A stretch of DNA of 62,000 bases, the filler included, from Sphacelaria rigidula (Eukaryota), in NCBI GenBank assembly GCA_964200075.2. It is 3 parts of 3 records of this genome, joined end to end, with 100 filler letters (N's around TTAATTAATTAA, not from the genome) between each part and the next. Parts side by side here need not be neighbours in the genome. Positions count along the whole stretch, not along the records: positions 41,405 to 62,000 come from CAXNAA020000513.1; 2 more parts are not named here. One strand, given 5' to 3'. A program made the translations under genes and the position numbers. This document shows, one piece after another, positions 54,401-62,000 of this stretch (the stretch's first letter is position 1; the number at the start of each line of letters is the position of its first letter). The notes beneath the pieces are model-generated. The model worked only from the letters and a program-made list of their open reading frames with translations. It ran no database searches and was not told the origin of the DNA.

Positions 54401-57400
54401 TGACTGTACTTGGAGCACGCAATATGTACAAATGCGGCGAAGAAGCATGGAGAGCATCGAAGATGTAATCGAATGCGCTTGAATAAAAAAAAGCAGAGGA
54501 TGGAAATTGCGCTTGAAACTCTCCGTTCACGGTCCTGTAGGGAAAGGTCGGGTGATGCCTCGAAAGCTAGGTCGAGACCGCGACTCCGTTTGGAAACGCT
54601 GTTATGTCTCAAGCGAATTGATCCACCTGAACAAAGTCAAGCCATCGGTTTCCACAAAATAACGAAACGCGATATGTCGTCTCTTGAGCACAGGAGCATT
54701 GGACACTCAACAATAGAGACATGAAACGAACCGTATGCAGCGCGCTGCCGTACGTGGTTACTCTTGGGGTTCTAATCTGTCGAAGTGACGGATCTCGATC
54801 AACCCAACGTTTTGAGCTTTGTTTGTCACGATCTGTTGCGAAACCGCACCCAGTCAACCGCCCATGGTACTCTAACTTTCAGCGTGAAGAGCCATCGATC
54901 AATCGATTGAAGAGCACTGACATTCGAAAGTTGCGTGATGACGCGTGGCAAAATTGTGCAAAATTTTAGGGTCTAGCTCCTCAAAACGGCGTGAAGTTTC
55001 GCGGATGAGTGTTTTCCAGGTTTGATTAGCGTGAAGCAGGCTGTATCGGCACATTCCCGCACAGTGTCGACTCGTTACACACAATCAATTCAATTCGTGA
55101 TGAAGGGTTCGTAGAACACAATACGAAGCAGGGGACAGATGGGTCGTGGAAAAATATGGAAACAGCTTGTACGGTCTATACAACATGGGTGCCCATTACG
55201 TGATCGTGGATGCTGGAATTGCGTGCCTTGCTTTGTATATCAGGTCTTGTATTTGCACATGCAGCTGAAGAAGCCAGATTCGATATCTGGAGGGGTATCG
55301 TACGAGCAACGGTATTCGGTATCGTCGTGGGCTTCTGAAGAGCCGATCGATGAAAAAGTATGCCCCGATGGGTGCACATCCAGCTGCGACGTGGATGGAC
55401 AGTGCGTCCAGCTCACTGCAAACAGGGTCACCGACCGTGTCATCAAGTGCGCGTCCGACGAACAGTGAGTGCCTCCACTGTACCGTTGGCATCCCGGGTG
55501 ACTGACTGTGTGACACGAGCGTTATTATTGAGGATTGGTTTTGATGACGGTGGATCAAAACGAGTCCTCTTTCACGTAGAGGACTATTCAACAGCGGGCT
55601 TCTTACTCCTGCCTGTAGGCCAGCCAACTTTGGCTGCTTTCATCGCTTCTGGCTGTCGGTGCTTCGCGCGCGGCACCAATCAAGAGCGTGGAGCTGTCAA
55701 AAGTGGACGCAAACTATAGTCGTTGCATTCGCGCCTAGCAGGGGGTGAAGGAGATGATGTGTTGTTTCGGGCATGACTGTACTTATCGCGCAAGTTTCAT
55801 GTTGGCAATGTGCGACGCGTTCTATTTATGTTCAATGGGGAAAGTTTTTGCATGGAATCGGAGATGAACCTATTTTTTTACTGGCGGCCTCTCTGCCGTA
55901 CTGTTAACTCATCCCAAAACGCATGTCGTTGACATTGGATTCGCGGAAGGCCCGATAAAAATTATTGTTGTGGCACACTTTGATGTCGTGCACAAGTGGA
56001 AGTCACGTGCGATAACACGAGGACGTGTCTCGAGATGAGGGATGATTTGCATACTAACAGCAAGAGGTCTGCCACGAAAGTTTGCAGTTGGTTGCGGCAG
56101 GGTGTCCGCTGTATGACTGTGTACATCGCATGTGACGTCGTCTATGGTGAGCAACCTGGTCATGACAGCTAAGTGGCTATCCCTGGCGTTCCGTAGGTGG
56201 TGCGGGTGGACAAAGCTCTTGACTGAGGACTTCGTGGAGTACGGGGCTTACTACATGCAGGTACCGTCTCGTATGAGGGGTGTCTCGTCGTCAGACGTTG
56301 TGTACGACGTCACTGCTGTTATTGTGCAGAGTCGGCAGCGCTCTATGATTGTGGGATGTAAATGCAGTCATTTTGCAGCTTTCAGCCCGAAAAGCCCCAC
56401 ATGCGAACACTCCTCCTATAGGGTATGATCCATTTTAGGGACGGATTGCCATCGATTTTTTCGGGCAAGAACGGGCGACATTTTGTGAACGATTGTCCAA
56501 GATGCGTAAACATCAAAATTCAAGCACCAGTCAATCGAGTTTCGCCACGAAAATTTGTGGGGTTCGTCCCTGGGTTTTGCGGCGACAAAGCGTTCGCCAC
56601 AAGAACAAGATCGTAGTGCCCGTTTCCGGGGTCCCAGAATGGACGACTTCGAAAAAACGACCTGAATCCCGTCGGACCCCCGAAGAACGGTTGAAAATCC
56701 AAGATGTAGAAAAACCTTGTTGATGAAAACGTGCGTTATGATTCACCGGACATTTGTGCAAAGTTTCAGGTTGTAACTCCCCATAACTGCGTGTAGGTTT
56801 GAGCGTTTGTGCGAGGATGTGTCATTGAAACGTGCAAACCCCCAACTACTTGGCTTTATGATGAAAACATCTCTTCTAGGTAAAAATTTACGTCAAGGCA
56901 GAAGAAATTGTATGAGATTTTCGAGTTTCTCCACGAAACTTTGCACATGTGTTCCTTGGACTACCCCGGAACGAATCGTGTTTTTATTTTTATTTTTATC
57001 TTGAGTCATTCTGTACCGCCTTCCGGGGGTCTTTGTACTGGGACCCTCGAAAGCCGGTAGAGAACGGAGAAACTTTGAACCATTGCCGAGAACACAATTT
57101 TTCCGTTCGGAGCATCCATACCTACGGAATCGCCACGTTTGAGGGTGATCTTGGCTACTCTACAACAGATGTAATGGACATTGTCACGAGGCTCCTCGAG
57201 TCTTTTTCCTACGTATCATGGGTGGAAATTAGACGACGCCAAACCACGTATCGCCGAAACATTACAGTTGCGGGTAAAATTTGACAGTTTTGGAACCGTT
57301 TTCAAATCTGTTCCTCCCGTTAGATTCCTGAGGTGATGGCAGTCACGACGATTTGAACCACGTGGAAATTCATTGAAATTGGGTCCGGAATTCGTATTTT

Positions 57401-60400
57401 CATCCTCGGAACAATTTGAATGGCGCCGATTGGTCGTGACACATTTTTGTCTAAAGCGTCACCGCTATAGCCTTGAACAAAAATCCGACTGTCACCCTCT
57501 TCATCTGATCATTTCGGTCAGTATGATACTGATACCATGTATGCGATTATTGGATGCGTATTGCAGACGTCACTTGCTGATGACAGAACTGATCTTTGGC
57601 GTGAACCAGCATGTGGCAGCATCGTGTCTACCCGTCAGCTCGCCGTTTGGTATTCTGTCTCACGTTCAGGGCGTCGGTTAATTCCACTCGGCAGGTTGAT
57701 ATGGAAGAGCCGAAGATGTTCACGAGTGAACCATCCTTCACGCTGGGCTTCGAGATCGTGTATATCACGAGGGAGTTCACGCAGTATCAGATGGCGTGGC
57801 ACTATGGGTGGATTATGGTGGTTCTAGTGTTCATGTTCGTGCCGAAGATAGGCTTCTTCTACGAGATGATGCAACTGCATCAAAACTTTTGGTCCCGTCA
57901 ACAGGTGCGTCGCGCGACAGCTACATTTTCGCTCGTCTTCGTCAAGGGACGCGCACGACAATGGTCGCCAGCATCCCGCACTATCGAGGGCGATCTTCCA
58001 TTGTTCAGCGCACACACCGACGCCGGCGGAATATATTCACCCATTTTCGGAGATACGCTATATAATGGAGCGATAAACTGGTTGCGGGTCAGTTTCAATT
58101 CAGGAAAATATCGCTCAGCTCCTGCAGAGCAAGTTTCCATCGTAGCCGAACCCACTTCGAAACTTCTGACGAGCCGAATATCGTCACGTAAGCAATACGC
58201 GATTTCCGCTGTTCTTCATTGTACCACTGCAATGCAGGCACGAGTAGGAGTGCTTCTGCTGTCACTGCTGTTCTTCAACAACGTTTTCTTCGTGGCTCAG
58301 ATCTACTCACCATTCCCTCGCTTCTTTTTCAGGTGAGCTATGAACTGCCACTACGGTTCAATATAATGACCACTGTAGTTGAACATGGTTGGGCCCATGA
58401 GTTGTGTAACCCTTTTCTATGTGTCCTCGCGAGACTGAGGTTTCGCCATTGCCACTCCGTTCGAGACTGAGAGTGCTCTTGTCCGAGCTTCACTTTGCTT
58501 TCGGGCCGTGAAGATGGTTCGTGGATGAACCTGGAAAGACTGGGCGGCAATGTGCCGCAATAGATTTACCTCGTGTTTACATGCATGACTCAATTGTGAA
58601 CCCGTAAAGATTCCTTGCCCATCGACTGGCACCGCTACTTGGCACAAGGCGTGAGTGACTGACGGTGAATGCTACGCGTGCCCTTGACAGTCTGTACGTG
58701 GTGTTCATGGCAACCTTCTTGGCGGTGATGATGTTCTTCTGGCTCGAGTTGTTTGGAGATTTGGCTGCGGGAAACATGCAGGTGCGACATTGTATATTCG
58801 GTCGAGGGTTTTACCGTCGTGTCGATGTAGCTGAACGAGTTCGTGTATCGATAGTGCAGATTTTGTGCGGTGGAGGCTGCCGTACAGAGGTCGCCGCATT
58901 CCAGCACAAATTGGATGTCGTTCACGTTTTGGCTGTTGAGAGACTCACCTCCGATTTTTCGTTGAACCGGGAAGGGGAGATGAACGATCATCGCGAACTG
59001 TCTGTGAATCTCCGAGCGCGGTACGTGTTGACAGGGTACTGACGCAGCGCAGGAGTGGGAACGTAACCGCAAGAAGACCCTGTTCGAGTACTTGCCGAAG
59101 CTGATCGTGGTGGGCTTAATATGGATTGTCACCATCATGTTGTACATGTGAGCCTCCACCTTCTGTGAACCTGTTCAAGATTGTCTAAATGGTGAAGCTC
59201 GGAGATGGTTTGTCTAACCACTCGCCAGTCGAATAGTACATGATGGTTTGGTCATCGAACGGCGCAGCCGCCAGCCAAAAAGCCCGCCCCCCCCCCGGCA
59301 GAGGAGGCCGTGCTGGAGACACGATTTACGCCATTTGGCTTCACTGAAGCTGGAAAATACGTCAAATTTGTACTTATAAAGCCGGGGACGGTACACAATG
59401 CTTTGAAACCATCATTCAATGTTTTCCTATAACCAGTACCATTATTGCCGCAATAATGTTGATGGCCAGTTATAACTGGTATCATGTCCGAGCTCTACCG
59501 TATAGGCAATATCTGCGCGTCGTGGCCATGCATCGCTTTGCCTCTCTTCCTCGCCCGACACGTTGAATGAATGTCCCGATCCGTGACAGCACGCAGCTCA
59601 TATGTAGTCGTCGCCGCTGCCCGAACGTGCCGTAATGTTTGCTTCCATATTTTGCAGCTATGTGCGGGTTCAGCAGAACGGGGATCCGTCTTACAGTACT
59701 TACGACGACCTCTCCACCTACACCAGCGTCAAGGTAAGAATGATGGGGCCGTGCACGACTATTTGACGAGGCTGCTGTCACCTCCGTTATAGGTGAAGAT
59801 TACGCCTCGAGGAATGTTCCATAAAACGCCCGCGTCCTACTACGAGTCCTGCCACTGTCGTCGAGAAAGGCGATTGTAGACGAGGAAGACCTAGCAATAC
59901 ATGGTAAAGTTGAAACTAGTTTTTGCAGCCTAGGTTGTGTTCCGCACTTGTAGCAAGCCTTGTGGCTACTTGCTGTACGCACTCGTACCTTGCTGGCGAT
60001 GCGATCGACGCTTGTAGTAGCAGAGGTGTTGACGAAATTGCAAAACAGCTACTAGTCGTGTGCAAACATCACTGGGAAAGAGCATGAGCATGAGCTATGT
60101 TCCTGGGAATGGACTATCGGGCCCAAACCCCTTGTTCACACAAAGGCGTCGTCTCCTTGCCCAAAACAATGATTCCCAGCTCCCTCCGGCGGGGAATTCA
60201 AGACGTGTCCTAGTGGCTCACGGGCGCCAAAGGGCTCAACCGAAGAATATCCGTTGGATTGGTTTTCACCACTACCTCATGACTTCTGCTGCCAGCTTTG
60301 AAGGGCTGGTACGCCTTTGGTCATGACTTGAGGCATACGTGTCGCATTAGTCAAATATACGCGAGTTTGTCAGACACCAAGCGGTAAAGTACTCGGGATT

Positions 60401-61300
60401 GTCCCGTATCCTTCGTTGTGCTGCCCGCAGCTCACACACGATGTTGAAAATGAATATTTCGAGCATTGTCGTGCACCCACACTGGTGATGATGTAACGCA
60501 TCATTATTGCTGGACAACAACAGGTGGTGGGTTTGTTCCTGTCCTTGGTATACTTCGTGTGGCTCGGGCTGTTGATTTTCCGGAGCTTCGGGCACATTGC
60601 TCAGATGAACACCGAATACATATTCGTGATGGTGATCACGCTGGTTACGATCATCGGCGCCACAGTTGCCGTCTTCACTGGTGCGCTCGCACCGGACCAG
60701 GTGAGACTCACCACTTGTAGCCTTGTCATTGCCTGTCTTGTTGCACGTTAGAGTATATTGGTGACGAGTATGAGATGACGCATCGCCCTCCATGTCCCGA
60801 GGTTGACGATAGGTGTCAACACTCGTGCATGAGCCTACAGATTCCCCGGTATTGCGTGTATCTTATACGACGCGCGTTTCCAATGGTTGTCTTGTGCCCT
60901 TTTCCGTGCTCCACAGCATGGCTCCAAGGTATTCGCCTACTTCTACGGTATGTTCAACATCTACGTTCTCCTTCTGGCCTTCTGTTACACGCCAGCAGGC
61001 ACTCTCTACGGTGACATCAACACAAACGAAAATGTGAGACGTATCAAGAGTGTTTGCGATGACATGGTAGAATCATATTGGTGACTTATGTATCGCGGCA
61101 CCATATCCGCAGCATATAGCCCATGTCGCCCTTGTTGAATCGCCCGGTGGTTTGTTCTGATTCGGCCACACGCACCACATGATTAACTGCAGGTGGAAAT
61201 GATTGGTGAGGAGAGCCACAAGGACACGCCCAGCGGGGGGAAGTATGATGACACCGCCTTCACCATTGTGGAGTCGAGCAATCAGCATACCATGTTGTAA
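42424..61300 (+). CDS. TMEM181: TMEM181 / Wntless-like (GOLD domain + multi-pass TM) membrane protein, 12 exons, ~493 aa
   Basis: Exons 42424-42490, 42945-43105, 55244-55464, 56197-56260, 57695-57904, 58238-58332, 58691-58781, 59053-59147, 59658-59733, 60524-60700, 60917-61033, 61193-61300 (1482 nt, all phases match). TMEM181-like motifs: VRLES, LLVGRKGP, HQVLYL, C..WC..EYGAY, WSRQQ..LLLSLLFFNN, FLAVMMFFWL, EYLPKLIVVGLIW, GDPSY, FYGMFNIYVLLLAFCYTP. Probable 5'UTR exon ending ~42211 (aag|gtgagt). Confidence 0.88.
43596..43946 (+). mobile_element. tRNA-derived SINE family A, full length, 7-bp TSD
   Basis: A-box tggttcagttg, B-box ggttcaatctc, (AC)n tail; flanked by acccgct (43589-43595 and 43947-43953). 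Confidence 0.88.
45128..45492 (+). mobile_element. tRNA-derived SINE family A, full length, ~11-bp TSD
   Basis: A-box tggctcagtcg, B-box ggttcgattcc, CA-rich tail; flanked by agagcttacac (45116-45126) and agagcttaaac (45493-45503). Confidence 0.88.
46440..46670. repeat. Degenerate fold-back (MITE-like)
   Basis: Inner arms agtttccagagactttttt / aaaaaagtctctggagact, with weaker outer arms. Confidence 0.55.
46677..48079. mobile_element. Non-autonomous TIR element (14-bp TIR) carrying a nested SINE
   Basis: Ends tacagactggttca (46677) and tgaaccagcctgtg (48066-48079), 12/14 complementary. The interior is homologous, in inverted orientation, to ~56400-57480. Related end sequences at ~14150-14190 and 54895-55045. 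Confidence 0.65.
47045..47410 (-). mobile_element. tRNA-derived SINE family A, full length
   Basis: Reverse complement of the 45128-45492 element along its whole length. Confidence 0.88.
48900..49240. mobile_element. Compact MITE-like element with internal gggtattttcga / tacccacgatac subrepeats
   Basis: Same family as the fragments at 43368-48258. Confidence 0.65.
51285..51580 (+). mobile_element. SINE family B, diverged copy
   Basis: Colinear with 53626-53930 (ccaccgt..aaag.gtgag..gtgagtaaa..atccgcgagaccaa.atgc..gtaccgggga.agat.ggttgat.ccttga). Confidence 0.7.
53626..53951 (+). mobile_element. tRNA-derived SINE family B with (TA)n tail
   Basis: A-box tggtgtaatgg, B-box ggttcgattcc, no complete cloverleaf, (TA)n tail 53930-53951; further copies at 51285 and 860. 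Confidence 0.75.
56400..57480. mobile_element. Inverted copy of the 46677-48079 non-autonomous element (without the SINE)
   Basis: For example 57085-57195 is the reverse-complement homologue of 47450-47565, and 57245-57435 of 46855-47040. Boundaries approximate. Confidence 0.7.
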
Positions 61301-62000
61301 ACATTTTATCTAGCTGGATTCGTGAAGTGCTTGTGCTACCAATTTGCGGCTCAATCTCCCAGCAGTCATGAAAGAGGCTGTGTAACAACGGAGACGTGGC
61401 GCAAGTTGTATTCCCTTGAGTGTTTTGGTGCGTATACGATTATGACGGCGGTGCTTTCGACGCGTGGCGAGAGATGCGATTACATCGACAATCGTCAGGT
61501 GACGATGGTGAACATTTTCTCTCGCTTGTTTTGTGTCCGAATGTTGTTGATCATGAAGTACCCGTCGAGTACGTGCGGAGTAATACTAAAACCTATATCG
61601 TTATATCCCGTGTATTTGACGTGTCATCGTGCGCGAGAGGGGGGAAGTTTCAAGTCAAGGAATGCTGCTCCCCTAACGATCATGATGATTCATGAGCAAT
61701 GTATGTGGAGCTTGAAATTTTCTGCTCAAGGTGGGCACAGTTGCTAATTTGTATTTGGGCAGGGGCAGCAGCGGCAATTCACACCTGTTCCTCTTTTTGG
61801 ATACCAGTATGTGGACTGGGAAAAAATGGAAGTGTATATCATAACTACGTGAAAAAAGCGGAGGATGCTTGGAACCATTTGTACATGACTTCCTTGGACA
61901 CAAATTATGGATACAACGAGGTAGGATGAATAAAGGGCAATGGCCTAGGAAAGGTATACCTTCTAGTTTTTTGCTTAAGAAAGGTACGAAAAATGGCCAG

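Overview
Eukaryotic, intron-rich and repeat-rich genomic DNA, most consistent with a brown alga or related stramenopile (inferred from 72-nt LRR exons, gene architecture and repeat content). It is a scaffold of at least three contigs joined by artificial N44-TTAATTAATTAA-N44 linkers (20609-20708, 41305-41404). I reconstructed three spliced genes by hand from GT..AG boundaries and reading-frame phase. (1) On the minus strand, a signal-peptide leucine-rich-repeat gene (5871 to <=239, running off the left end) in which each LRR is a symmetric 72-nt exon. (2) On the plus strand, a ~22-exon, ~2,490-aa protein (25924-40172) with four IQ motifs, coiled coils, two dynein-stalk/microtubule-binding-like modules without any recognisable AAA motor, and ~8 copies of an unnamed beta-rich repeat. 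(3) On the plus strand, a 12-exon TMEM181/Wntless-like membrane protein (42424-61300) with a 12-kb intron full of nested elements. The rest is decayed Ty1/copia and RTE-like LINE fragments, two tRNA-derived SINE families, MITE-like elements, Helitron-like ends, long hairpins and a satellite. Most ORFs in the six-frame track are spurious or antisense. All domain calls are by-eye motif recognition, not database hits.
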